A DNA stretch of 58,860 nt, the filler included, from Sphacelaria rigidula (Eukaryota): NCBI GenBank assembly GCA_964200075.2. It is 8 parts of 8 records of this genome, joined end to end, with 100 filler letters (N's around TTAATTAATTAA, not from the genome) between each part and the next. Parts side by side here need not be neighbours in the genome. Positions count along the whole stretch, not along the records: positions 29,483 to 36,752 come from CAXNAA020015691.1; positions 36,853 to 44,122 come from CAXNAA020015692.1; positions 44,223 to 51,491 come from CAXNAA020015693.1; 5 more parts are not named here. The stretch is one strand, 5' to 3'. A program made the translations under genes and the position numbers. Positions within the stretch are counted from its first letter, which is position 1, and each line of letters begins with the position of its first letter. The notes under the pieces were generated by a model. The model worked only from the letters and a program-made list of their open reading frames with translations. It was not told where the DNA came from and ran no database searches. This document shows, piece after piece, positions 35,936-47,381 of the stretch.

Positions 35936-36501
35936 TCTTCTGCAGGTAAAAATTCGACCAAGCCGTTTTTTGCGACTTGATTTTTGCAACTTAATTTTTG
36001 CGACTCGGTTTTTCGACCTTTTATTTGTTAACTAGATTTTTCCACTCTAAATCCCTATTGATTTCGTTTTTTGGGAGAAAGCTTTGTCAAACAGAGACCA
36101 AACGCATGCTGCCCCAAGGGGCACCTGGACACATACCAGTTGCTGCTGCCTATCTGGTATCATCCTCCAAATCGAAGTCTTGAATGACAATGTCCAGTGT
36201 GCAGCTGCTTGACGCGATCACGTTCTGCTACGGACCTTTCCCCACGTACCCGACAGGGGGGCAACATTCCCGTACAGACAGTAGAAATTCTAGCCGATCC
36301 CACGTCCTGACAGTCTAGCAGCCGGCAACGTGGTTATGGCAGTGTTCTTCTAGCGATATATCAACCTACAGTGCACTGGAGCAGAGTTTTCAGGTGAATA
36401 TTTTGGCGATTACCTCACCTGCAGTTCGCCCAGCGACCGTTACGTTGAATTGCGCAGTAAAGAATATATTGCCGACTGAAATTTGTGTAATACAGTGAGC
36501 T

Positions 36502-36752
36502 GGGGCGGCGGCGAAAAATTCCGCTGTATATGTGCTTCGTCGACCTCCAGAAGGCATATGACTCGGTCGACCGAGAGCCTCTGTGGCAGGTACTGGCCCG
36601 AACTGGTATTCCGGATGAGATGATAGCAGTTATCCGCCAATTCCACGACGGTATGCAGGCCCGCGTACGCATGGACGACGGGGAGCTCTCGGAGTGGTTT
36701 GAAGTCACACAGGGACTGCGACAAGGATGTGTACTGTCTCCCCTGCTGTTCA
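36502..36752 (+). mobile_element. RTE-clade reverse transcriptase fragment cut by the contig end
   Basis: PLYMCFVDLQKAYDSVDREPLWQVL...WFEVTQGLRQGCVLSPLLF, uninterrupted. Confidence 0.92.
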
Positions 36753-36852
36753 NNNNNNNNNNNNNNNNNNNNNNNNNNNNNNNNNNNNNNNNNNNNTTAA
36801 TTAATTAANNNNNNNNNNNNNNNNNNNNNNNNNNNNNNNNNNNNNNNNNNNN
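36753..36852. other. Artificial contig spacer
   Basis: N44-TTAATTAATTAA-N44. Confidence 0.99.
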
Positions 36853-37580
36853 CCCCCCCCCCCCTATCGTAGGATGACTACTCCGTGGTGTGCTCCCACG
36901 TGAAGATATATACCTTTCTCTGGCAGGCGCGTGATCACCCTTGTGCAGAGTTTCCACTTGGCTACTTTTTGTCAGACAGTGTGGGTACGAGCCAGGCCGG
37001 CCTCGAAAGTGAAATTCCATTCGCCACACATACCCTAAGAACCGCGGCACTTTGCAGAGTGAACGTACTATTTTGATCGGTATATGGCCACGCGTGTGGT
37101 TCGACTACTGTTAGTTTACTTCATGGTGTTGATACAGTGGGAAACGTGTTGCCCTAAAATATACCATAACCCTAACCCTAACCCATGTGTTAAATTGGAG
37201 GCCGTTTTTGCAATCGCTGCTGCTCGTCTTGTTGATGTACCCCTCTTGTTGCGATATTTTGTGCTAAAATTTCAACGTGGTTATATCTCATGTGCGGAAA
37301 TCATGTTGATGATAATAAATTTCGGCAACGAAGCGGAGAATTGGACTGCGGTTTGTTGCGTGCGTTTTCCACACACCCAATCTAGGTTGTGTCTTCATGC
37401 GATTGCGTTCGCGCGTGATACTAAGCCGCACCAGACTAAAAAGTACATGAGACGTTTATTTAATTTTTGGGGCTCTTCGGTTTTGTTTGATTATTCCTCC
37501 GCGTTTTCTTTGATCATTCTCGGAGAAGGTTTGTGGAGTCTTGAGGGCCCCCCTTCACACCCACAACGGTCTCGAGTACA

Positions 37581-37830
37581 GGGCTCACTGGTGGCCTGAT
37601 GGTCGGACCGTTACCGCCAGGGTGCAGAGAACGAGAGTTTGGTTTCGGTCAATCACGTTTTTTTCCCTTCGATTTCCATCGGCGTGCTATAAACATGAGT
37701 AAGTAAGGAGAGATGAAATGATCCCTTGAGACCATCAGACCAAAAGACCACGGACTGGTCCCGAGGAGGGGGAGGGGATTTAATGTGTGAAGAAAAGGAG
37801 AGTCGTGTGCCAAAAGTGGAAAAAACAAAG
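37581..37830 (+). mobile_element. tRNA-SINE (diverged)
   Basis: GGTGGCCTGATGGTCGGAC...GGGTGCAGAGAACGAG...GACCACGGACTGGTCCCGAGGAGGGG. Confidence 0.65.
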
Positions 37831-37933
37831 GGTCTGGTGCCGTCATATACTAAGTTGAGTACAGTACGTGCCTAAACATTTGACAGAAAGAATGAGCGCT
37901 ATGTTGGGGCGGAGAAATATCAAAGACGCCTGG

Positions 37934-38336
37934 GCAGCGTGAGGTTATCCGCTGGATCGGCGGTATCCGCATGCGCGAGTCCCACACTCGTACCAGGTGC
38001 CCGTTGTACTTCCTGCACTACACCTAGCACTTGCTCGGCTGCCAACACTCTCTTCGGAACAAGGTTATTGTTGGAACGTCATCGTTCATCAAAGCTGTCG
38101 TGGTACGTGGAAAAGTCGCCCTTACTACCCTCTGCAGTGTACCATTTCTGTTCGCAACTCACGTAAGTATTTTGCGATGGGTTCGGCACCACAAATGTCC
38201 CGATATAGTACAGTTCCGAAAAAAGGCGTGGTATCTAGGGAGTGCTCCGTGGAATACAGAAAGTACAAGGCATCTGGTACGAGTGTGGGACTCGTGCACG
38301 CGGATACCGCCGACCCAGCGGGGAATCTCACGCTGC
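37934..38336. mobile_element. MITE with ~80-bp TIRs
   Basis: GCAGCGTGAG..CCGCTGG.TCGGCGGTATCCGC..CGAGTCCCACACTCGTACCAG is mirrored at about 38257-38336. Confidence 0.8.
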
Positions 38337-38489
38337 GGATACGTCCAAGATTTTTCACGGTGCCATCATAGCTACCAGACGTGGCACAATCGTCGGCACT
38401 TCTTTCCTGCCAAATGTTCGAGCACGTGCTGTACTTTATGTGGTACACTCTCTGCACACGATATATATTTTTCTCACTCTTCATCGGTA

Positions 38490-38697
38490 CACTGCTCTTT
38501 TTTTTTACAATACACCCCTTCCCTTCCTAAAGACGAGTCCGTCGTGTTCAGGGATTGACCCATCTTTCCCTCATGTCCTCACCGTTTCGACGGTGTAATC
38601 ATATTTCTGGAAGGACATGAAGTGCGTCTCGTGGGAATCGAACCCACATTCTCTTTACCCTCACGGTGGTAGTCTGACCATTGCACCACCGGGGCAC
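38490..38697 (-). mobile_element. tRNA-SINE (diverged)
   Basis: GACGAGTCCGT...GGGAATCGAACCC...CCATTGCACCACCGGGGC. Confidence 0.7.
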
Positions 38698-39875
38698 TTT
38701 ATTCGTGCCAAAACACTCGAACGATGCGTGCCTCGAATTTTCGAATCTCGGGGTGAAATATTGACGACAGAGAAATCGCACTTAGGCCTACCCTACCCTA
38801 CTCTCCGCTTATAGAGAGAGAAAGAGAGAGAGAGATTTTCTTGCTCACTTTGAGGGATTTGAATCGTCGTAAGTTAGTGTTGGAAAGAAATAATAGGAAG
38901 CCGATGGAGTGACGCGGTGGGCCCAAGTCTTGTTCCTCTGGTGTCAACATGTCACCCCAAGACTCGAAAACTTGAGCCGCGCGTAGCCTGTGGACTGTTG
39001 CCACAGAGCTTTGACCGGCCCAGCTCGTATTTCCTGTTTTTGACCCAAAGACTGAGGTGGTGCAGCAGACGACTTGTCAGCTGTACGTCCACGTACCATT
39101 GATCTCCATTACGCCGGCAGACCCAGAAACGCCATTTCAAAATCCTTTAGACAACAAATGTGAACGGGTAAAATGGTGTCTCTCTTGGAACACAGGTTGT
39201 TGAGGAGCCAGGAGTATCTCATAGTCCATAATCTCAGTTCTCTCCGACTCGTATAATTGTATATGAACGAAGTGTATCGAAGTATCGAAGAAGTATCAAC
39301 GAGAGAAGCGTATCTTTTGCGCAATTCGACCGCATGGAAAGGAGCGTTCGCTCACCATCCCATGCTGAACCGTTGCTCTGTCAGATTCGTATACGACACA
39401 GCTGTCCTTGTCTTTCGTTTTGGATTATATCCCTTGTATACCGCCCTCCTACTATATAAAAGAACGTGCTGGCTATCCTTGTTCCCCAGGTATTTGATGG
39501 GCACAATCGGAAGAAACGCGCACTAACGTAGCAGGGTTCGGACGACTCATCGCCAGTCCGAATAACCAAATCCATGATTTTGCAGGCCTGATTGCTCGAA
39601 AGGAGAAAAAGAAGCTGACCGCTGGTGGACAAGGTCTCCACGCATTTTTCGCGGCATTCCACGTGTCTGTGCTGCACGTACCTGGTTTGCAAAGCTGGAA
39701 TCAAAACCTAAGGACCCCAACCCTAAAAGCCCAATCCTCCGTACGGCTCGAATCAATGACACTAAAATAAGGTAATTTCCAGACCGATCATTAGTTCGTC
39801 CAACCCTAGGAACGTTCACCCACAGTTACTTTCGTTCCCGGTAACTATAGTTGCCAATGATGAACCTGGCAACGA

Positions 39876-41306
39876 TGGGGCTGTGAACTGGCTGCTCTGG
39901 CCACTTGAGTTCAAACTGGAATGTTTTCCAGCTTATCAGCTGCCCTTAACGGCCCGTCCCGGCTGGTGAGGGGGCTCCGCGGGAGCGCCGCCGGATGCGA
40001 CAAGAATTGCATAACTTGGCTTGTTTCATCTCCAAAAATGCGGAAAATTGTAGAAAATGTGACCACTCACATTGAGGATCTGAAAGTCTTCGATGGCACA
40101 GGAATGCCCCCCCAAAACTCTCAGACCTTAAGTTTCCCCCCTCCCCTCCGGCGGTCGTCATTTGTCTTTCTCACGAGAAACACCTAACAAATGGCCATTT
40201 TGGGGCGACTCGAGTGAGGTAGCGTTCATGGTAGTTGGCCCTATCTGCCACCATAAAATGGGACGCACATTGGACGCAAATTGATGGTGCAGAAAGGTGC
40301 GTTCAGCTTGATTGAGCAAGCATTGCAGATTATTGTGGTTTTTGTCTGTTCTTAATCTGTGGTGAAGGTGTGATGTGCGATGTGTTGCCGAAACCCACAA
40401 CTGTAACTTGGCCTTACTTGGCTCCGGAGGCATGCGGAGACTTGGAGCTTCAGGACTCTCTTATGGGAGAGTTTGAAATTTTATTTTGTAAATTCAGGGG
40501 ATGTTTTCTTGTTCGTTGTCATCATGGTGAACAGGCACATAATACACAACTACGACGAACAAAACAAAAAAAATGTTCATAATTATTCCAAGAATATCTA
40601 AACGCTCCCACAAAAGTTGACCTCATGAGCACGAATTTCGAATTTTCATGTACTTTTCAGGTTTTTTTTCGCTTATCAATCCTTATTTCTTATTCATGTT
40701 TGAGATTCAGTGACCCCCCGCCCCCCGACAGACTCCAGGAGGTAAAAAAAGGGGCATTGTGCCTCGGATTGATTGTGTCACTCTCGGATAACATTCAAAT
40801 CCCACTGGAAGCGGTGAGCGAGTCGAAAACCATTCATCTCTAGTATGCAGCAGCAGACTCTCGGTGAGGGGAGGAGGATGCAAACAAGTCAAGGTTGGCA
40901 GCACGCGGGTGGTATAAGAGCGCAAAATGATTCACATGCAGACCCGCAAGCACGCATGCAGTTGAAGTGCAAGCCATGTTTCTTTGTGGTCGCGGATCAC
41001 CGTTCGTTTGCTATTTTTTTATTCCACATGTCGTGCCAGTGAACGACAAACCTGTCATATATCCGCAATATCACTTCGAGGTGTAGTGACCACGAGAACT
41101 GTACTGTACTGTCTCCACCTGTAGTGTTGTCAGGCGCAGACCCCAATCCTACTGTCACAGTGTTTGTAATCATTCAAGCATTTTTTATATGAAGTCACCA
41201 CACTACTTCAAATAAACTGGATAAACTGGAGTACTTCGCACCAGTTCCAGTTGAACTCCAGTTCCAGTTTAACTTCCAGTGCAAACTGGTCCAGTTCACA
41301 GCCCTA
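39876..41306 (+). mobile_element. Non-autonomous hAT transposon (1431 bp) with perfect 8-bp TSD
   Basis: TIR TGGGGCTGTGAACTGG / CCAGTTCACAGCCCTA. TSD GGCAACGA at 39868-39875 and 41307-41314. Subterminal AACTGG/CCAGTT repeats. A possible transposase CxxH-region remnant VRCVAETHNCNLAL lies at about 40375-40420. Confidence 0.9.
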
Positions 41307-41839
41307 GGCAACGATCAACGTGCGGAGGATGTAACTCCGCAGCTTTTTGAGAAGAGTAGTATCTGAGTCTTTTTGCAATCATCGTCAATCACCTAACAAC
41401 GGTGAGCTGATCACGTAGATTGAAAGGCACGGGAGCGTGTCGGCGTGTGCGTGTAGGTATACTGATTGATTTGCGTTCACTCCGTTGACGTCTTGTGTGC
41501 GAAGTTTGGTGCACGTATAATACTCTTGCGTACCACGAAGACTGACCCATCGGAAGATATTTTACGTTTTTGTCGGATTAGAATCAACCAAGTCGTGTCT
41601 GGAGGCACAGGCAACCGACCGCAGGAGTGCTTCACACACAGTTTCGATGCGCGTATTCGCTGTCCGCACCGTACCCTTGCTCAGTATGTATTTTTTGTTC
41701 AGTCAGATAACAAATCCCTCTCCTTGTCTCCCTCGGGACGGGTCCGTAGTGTGATTGAATCAAACGATCTCTGCCTGGTACACGCTGTGTATTGTCGCAT
41801 AAATATTTTGGGGTGAAACGAGCAGTAGCTGTAGAAAAT

Positions 41840-43048
41840 GGTTGGAAGCGTTTCGCACGCGGTAAAATCATGAACACCGCATATACCATGATGCCGGTTT
41901 GGTGAACCCTAACCCTAACCCTAAGAATTCATGCAGGCTATCAGTGACGATCCCGAAATATCAGTGTCCTTGATTTTCTTGAGATTGCTTTGCCTGGCCC
42001 TGGAATTTGGACACGAAATCCGTGCAAATCGTTCATTCACGGCGGAGAATCCGACTCCATCATTTGCAATTCTGTATATATTTTTCTTGTTTGCAGCCGT
42101 TCCCGCCCTCGTTCACGGTTACCGCACGGGTATCGAGTGTCTCGGAGAAAACGGGGAGGTCGTAAACGTCACCCGCCAGGGCAAAATACTACAACGAGCA
42201 AAACATGATGCCAGTTTGGTGACTTTGTGCGGATGATAACGTGACCATCTCGAACATCAATGTTGATTTTTTTCAATTTAAGTTGCCGGGTCCTCAAATT
42301 CGGACGCACGACTCGTGTGAAGCCTTGATTCACTGCGGAGACTGCGTCTCTTGTCCGTTGCAATTTTTGAACATGTTTTTCCTTGTCTGTACAGTCCTTG
42401 TCGCCCTGGTTCACGATTATTGCACGGGTATCAAGTTTTGAGGGGAAAACGGGGAGGTTGTAGAGGTCACTCGTCGGGGCTACATATCGCTCTTGAATTA
42501 TCGAAATTGTGTACTGTTGGAAATCTCTGGTGACATTTTCGCGACGACCAACAGTGCATGCGCTTTTATCCGCATGAAGTAGCTAAGAGTTCCGAAAACT
42601 CGTTTTTCTGTGGGGTCAACTTTCGGTCAGGCTTATAATACGTGAAGCTACTCTTGCTCGTGGCGAAAACGTCGCCGCGAATTTCCTCAATTGTTGGAAC
42701 TTTCCAACAGAAAAGGATCATAGACATGACGAGTGCGTTTCCCCTGTGATTTGACGGCGCAGCCCAGTGACATTTACATTCTTCGGTGCCTCCGTCATGG
42801 AAAATGGTTGTGACACATATGACCGTGCACCGACCATCATCATCATATTCGCAGCCAGTGTGATGGATTTCTATTACTGACGAGCAAACAGGCTGGTGGC
42901 CCACATCCTCCGCCAATGAATAATACTCCCGCACAAACGGATCAAAATCGATAAACCCTTCGACCGGGATGCTATATCTCCTGTTGACGTGACAATTTTG
43001 CTCGAGGAATGAAGACCAGGCCTGAGAGGTGGCGCATACAGCACTCAC
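41840..43048 (-). pseudogene. Decayed intronless gene with two ~100-aa tandem repeats
   Basis: ORF 42566-43048 continues after a frameshift into DLYNLPVFPSKLDTRAIIVNQG...AVNQGFTR..PNLRTRQLKLKKI, then DVYDLPVFSETLDTRAVTVNEG...AVNERFAR..PNSRARQSNLKKI. Confidence 0.6.
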
Positions 43049-43714
43049 TAGTGCAATTCAGTGTTGGTCATTTGCTTATAAGGCTGTCAAATAGGAGCAA
43101 GCATAGCCTAGTCTTCGCATCCTTCAGATCCATCGTTTGTTCAGTCGTTCAGTTAGTAGTCATGGGACGGAGGTTGGGTCTATTTTTCCCGTCAGTCTGC
43201 ATGGATTTCAGCATGAAAAAGGGAAGTAAGAGCGGGGTAAAGAACAAATGTAACTTCTTTGTGTGGGTGTGGTGGGGTTTGGGGGTGTTTTCGTTGTTGT
43301 CGTTGTTTGGTTTTCGGCAAAAGGGGAGGACAAGATGATTCCAGATGCACCAGGTGACATGTGTTGGATCTTCATACCGAACGCAGTACTGCCGTTCCTT
43401 GCGCGTCTTGGGGCAAGTTGGCAAGTTGGATACATCGTGTGCCCATCTCGGTAGTGATGTCCGGAGGGTGTGATACTGCCTACGAGCGCGCTGGCTTCAT
43501 TGTTTGCGGGCTGTCGTTTATCCGTGCCACATGGTTGAGCACGTGCGTGAGATGCTGCTCTCCATTAAAGGGCTGTTTTGAAGGCACCATGGAGGTTCCT
43601 TGTGAAACGCAACATTCACGGGTTCAAACCTGAACCCCTTGGACAGCGAGCCTCGCCACGGAACAGTTTGACAGTACGGAGACACTCGGGGGTTTCCTGT
43701 GGGCGGGGGGGGGG

Positions 43715-44009
43715 TGTACTCATGATCATGCATTCCATAGTCATACGACCATTGACCTCGCATCCCTACGAAGCACGGACGGAGCACGCCGGGTTTTCGC
43801 CGGACGAGGCTCGCACTCGAACCACCAAGCGCGAAGCGCCGTGGTGTGTTCCACGAGTCCCATGGAGGGTGAGCTGCGTCCTGCTAAGATCGTTCGACCT
43901 GAGGCCTACTGATTATCTTGCATTTGGGTGATAGCCTACAATGAGTTGTTTTTATTTTGTGGTATCGCCACTTCCAGAGAGCCACGGCTTTTACACTGCC
44001 TCATGGGTG
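43715..44009 (-). mobile_element. Family A element, apparently full length (~295 bp)
   Basis: Colinear with 54493-54784 throughout, and both stop at ...CTGCCTCATGGGTG. G-run at 43705-43714 and G-rich sequence on the other flank. Confidence 0.85.
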
Positions 44010-44122
44010 CGGGGGTGATTTATAGGGGGAGGGGGAGTCTACCCGCAAAGTAGCTGGGGCTCACCAAGTCAACCGTGTGTGATCGCGAGTTCCCCGCGGA
44101 AGATTCCATGCCAGATACGAGG

Positions 44123-44222
44123 NNNNNNNNNNNNNNNNNNNNNNNNNNNNNNNNNNNNNNNNNNNNTTAATTAATTAANNNNNNNNNNNNNNNNNNNNNN
44201 NNNNNNNNNNNNNNNNNNNNNN
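44123..44222. other. Artificial contig spacer
   Basis: N44-TTAATTAATTAA-N44. Confidence 0.99.
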
Positions 44223-44524
44223 GAGGCTATGTAACACGTGAGTTCTTAATCAACAATCTAACATGGATGAACCTACTTGTGATTGTCCTTGATGGGTGGA
44301 TAGCTAAAGGTCTGTGCGAAGTTGCCCACGTGGGAGCTTGGTGAGTTGGCACTATGGTATCTCCTGGCACTCATACTGAGAGACCCCAGACAGTACATTA
44401 GCTAACTCCCTCTTCATGACAGTATGCAGGTACAAGGTAGGAACGGTCCGAAAGGACCAGATTACCGAGACCTCGTAATGCCACCGATACTAGACAACTC
44501 GGGGTGATGCCAGGAAGAGCCAAA

Positions 44525-44762
44525 ACGTTCTACGATAGCCCCCCTCCCCAAAACCCAGCCGAAACGTGGCACGAAAAAATGGTCATACAGCGCCTGATGT
44601 CTGGGTTCAGGCTGGATGAAGAGGCGACATTGGCAAGAACGAACTCAAGCGTGGGAATTCCCGGCTGCTCATTGTGCTCATTTTTTGTCATCTCGATCTA
44701 CGTGAAGATTTTGCCTCCCAAAACCAGGCACTTTTCTGGGGAGGGAGGCTATCGTAGAAAGT
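44525..44762. mobile_element. MITE-like inverted repeat element
   Basis: TTCTACGATAGCCCCCCTCCCCA versus TGGGGAGGGAGGCTATCGTAGAA. Confidence 0.65.
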
Positions 44763-45085
44763 GTCAGTCAGATCTCAGCGTGACCCCGCATTCCCCGAGG
44801 TAACGGATTACCCCACGATGATCACCTATCGTCTGGCCTACTTCTTGCCTACAGTAGTGAGCGGTCTAACTATTTAGGGGTGTTTTGGGGTTTTCCTCGC
44901 GTACTACTCTTCGATAGAACTCGAAATTGCTAGCGTCGGTAGATTTTGATACAACAAAACAGATCATCTTCGAAACACAGTGCCCAAGTCAGTCTTATTT
45001 GGTGTTATCGGGCAAAACGAGTAAACACCCCGTTCATAAGGAGGGTGTTCTAAACCGTGAAACACGGTTTTTTCGTCCTGTGGCT

Positions 45086-45202
45086 ATTTATAGGCAACCG
45101 ATCAGACTACCGTACAGTCAGCGCTTACTGTACGGTAGTTTGATCGGTTGCCTATAAATCGTCACAAAAGTTAGTCGCTGGTTCGATTTCCGTCGGACGC
45201 AC
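45086..45202 (+). mobile_element. 74-bp palindrome fused to a tRNA-like 3' half (copy 1)
   Basis: ATTTATAGGCAACCGATCAGACTACCGTACAGTCAGC|GCTTACTGTACGGTAGTTTGATCGGTTGCCTATAAAT, followed by ...GTCGCTGGTTCGATTTCC. Confidence 0.75.
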
Positions 45203-45424
45203 TTCCGCTGAAGAAAAAGAGGAAAACCTTACCTTCGGTAAAAAAAAAGAGGGTGATGGGGAAAGCCCAATCCCCGGGTTGACTGCTAGGGATCCCAGTG
45301 CACGCACTTTGGAAATGAGTGGGCGAGACGAGTTACTCAGAATGAATACGTGTGGCAACATTAGGCCGTTACCGTCAGCGCGAACACTTGAACAGCGCTG
45401 GTAAGGGGAGTCACCCTCCTCGGA

Positions 45425-45547
45425 GTGAAAGTGACGGGGATCGAACCCCCACGACCAACGTTTATGACGATTTATAGGCAACCGATTAGACAACCGTACA
45501 GTCAGCGCTGACTGTACGGTAGTCTAATCGGTTGCCTATAAGTCGTA
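45425..45547 (-). mobile_element. Palindrome plus tRNA-like 3' half (copy 2, facing copy 1)
   Basis: Palindrome centred on AGCGCT at 45504-45509. The minus strand continues ...ATCGTCATAAACGTTGGTCGTGGGGGTTCGATCCCC. Confidence 0.75.
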
Positions 45548-46084
45548 ACAAAAAAACAATCTGGGCTGAAACGTGGCAGGACCCCCGATGACCGGCCAGC
45601 TCATAAGTAACTCAATATTGAGTACAGATGATTTTTTCTTCTTGGAATGTGGGACGGATACAGATATCTTGAGATCCCCGATGTGATAAGGGGTGGCGAG
45701 CGAAAAGAGCCCAAGAGAATCGGCAATTACGAAAAAATAAAAATACGCCACGAAATGAACAGTTAGACCGCCCACTACTGTACACGAGAGGAAATCATCG
45801 TCAGACTCAGAATTCCTTCGGCATCAGGGCGACACCTCCAACGACAGTCTCTCCCGTAGGTCTTTGTCTATCCTATCGATATGCCTTCCTCATATATTGT
45901 CGACACCAGAAAAGAACTCAGGCAAGACAGACCGTAGAAATAAAAAACTAGAACGAGAACCGATTGCTCCGACCCCAGAAACACCAGGGATCCTCTAAGG
46001 AATGCTACAGCAGGTGAAACGTATGGATCATGTGCACAATTATTCGAGTCGAGAAATTACAGGGGTCATGTTTTAAGGAAATGC

Positions 46085-46265
46085 GAAATTAGTCCCCTCA
46101 GTGTGCACTATATGTCATCTGGATGGTTAATCAAACAGCGAAACACGAAATCAGCCCCCTCAGTGTGCATTATGTCACCTGAATGGCTAATCAAACATCG
46201 AAACCCGAAATAAGCTCCTCAGCGTGCATTATATGTAACCAGCATGGCTAGTCAAACAGCGAAGC
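46085..46265. repeat. Three tandem copies of a ~60-bp unit
   Basis: CGAAAT.AG.CCCCTCAGTGTGCA.TAT.TGTCA.CTG.ATGG.TAATCAAACAGCGAA repeated three times. Confidence 0.9.
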
Positions 46266-47319
46266 CACATCTATATCAATTCACCTTTCACCGCCATAGC
46301 GCAAAAGGCATGGCGATCAATCAAGCAGAACAATCTCTGGAAACACGTTGACTCCCAACGGCACAAGAGTCATGCTACGATCGGGGTGGGGGGGGGGGTG
46401 GTGGCTTGATTCCACGAAAGAATGGGCTCATAAATGTTTTAGACGACCTGAAACACTCGCGGTGCGCTTGTATTTGGGTAAAAGCGGTGTCACGCACTGT
46501 GGATGAGCGTTATTTATCCGAAGCAAGCGCGTTTAAACAACCGTCAACAGCGAATCCTGAAAAATGAGGCCGACCTCAAAAATGAGGTTCAAGTGGCATA
46601 TTTGTTTTGCAGGGATGACACGAAACAGTAACACAGAGCGAAACCATCTTTCTCCTCAAAACTCTGCAACTATGAATCATCAGTTGTGGCTAAATGATCG
46701 AACCACTGCGGTGTACACGGGTGTCGATGACGATATCACCAAAGAGAGAAGCAACGACAGCGAGGAAGCTCCTCGCCCGTGTCTTTTGTGTGCCCTCGCT
46801 GGGCGATTACCAATCGCTCGAGAGACTGGCATCATGCATATTCCAGACCCGCGGTCGATGATAGCAGAGTTCTTCGCCCAAAATGTCAGAGAAGGCCAGC
46901 ATCTAGACCCTTTTCCCACCCCTACGGTGAAAAACTATGCTCGATTATACTATTTGCTGAAATGCTATGATATTTCTGCTACTTGCTGAAGCATTAGGCT
47001 ATTTATGCTATCAAGGTGGAATTATGCCAGAAATTATGCTGGCATAATAAGTAAAAGCCTAACTGTAGTGACGCTGTACTCTGGTAATTGTATATCTCAG
47101 CAGACTGCTGAATGATGCTGCGTTTGAAAGATGGCTGGCGTCTGCCCCCGCATTGGATCGTTTCGCTGACGGCGGTCATCGCCGGTGCAACAGTATGAAT
47201 GTAATAGGGAGTGGTATGGACAGGACTCCACACACATTCCTTGATAGATCAATGTACTGCGGGCTTGGTAAGGTGCACAAAGTGCAAGGTGTTCGGGAAG
47301 AACAAGCTGCAGATGTGTG

Positions 47320-47322
<3 letters not shown>

Positions 47323-47378
<56 letters not shown>
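47323..47378. repeat. (CA)28 microsatellite
   Basis: Read directly from the sequence. Confidence 0.97.

Positions 47379-47381
<3 letters not shown>

Noticed and set aside
46085-46265. Possible repeat-spacer array
   Set aside because: The whole 60-bp unit is repeated, so there is no variable spacer.
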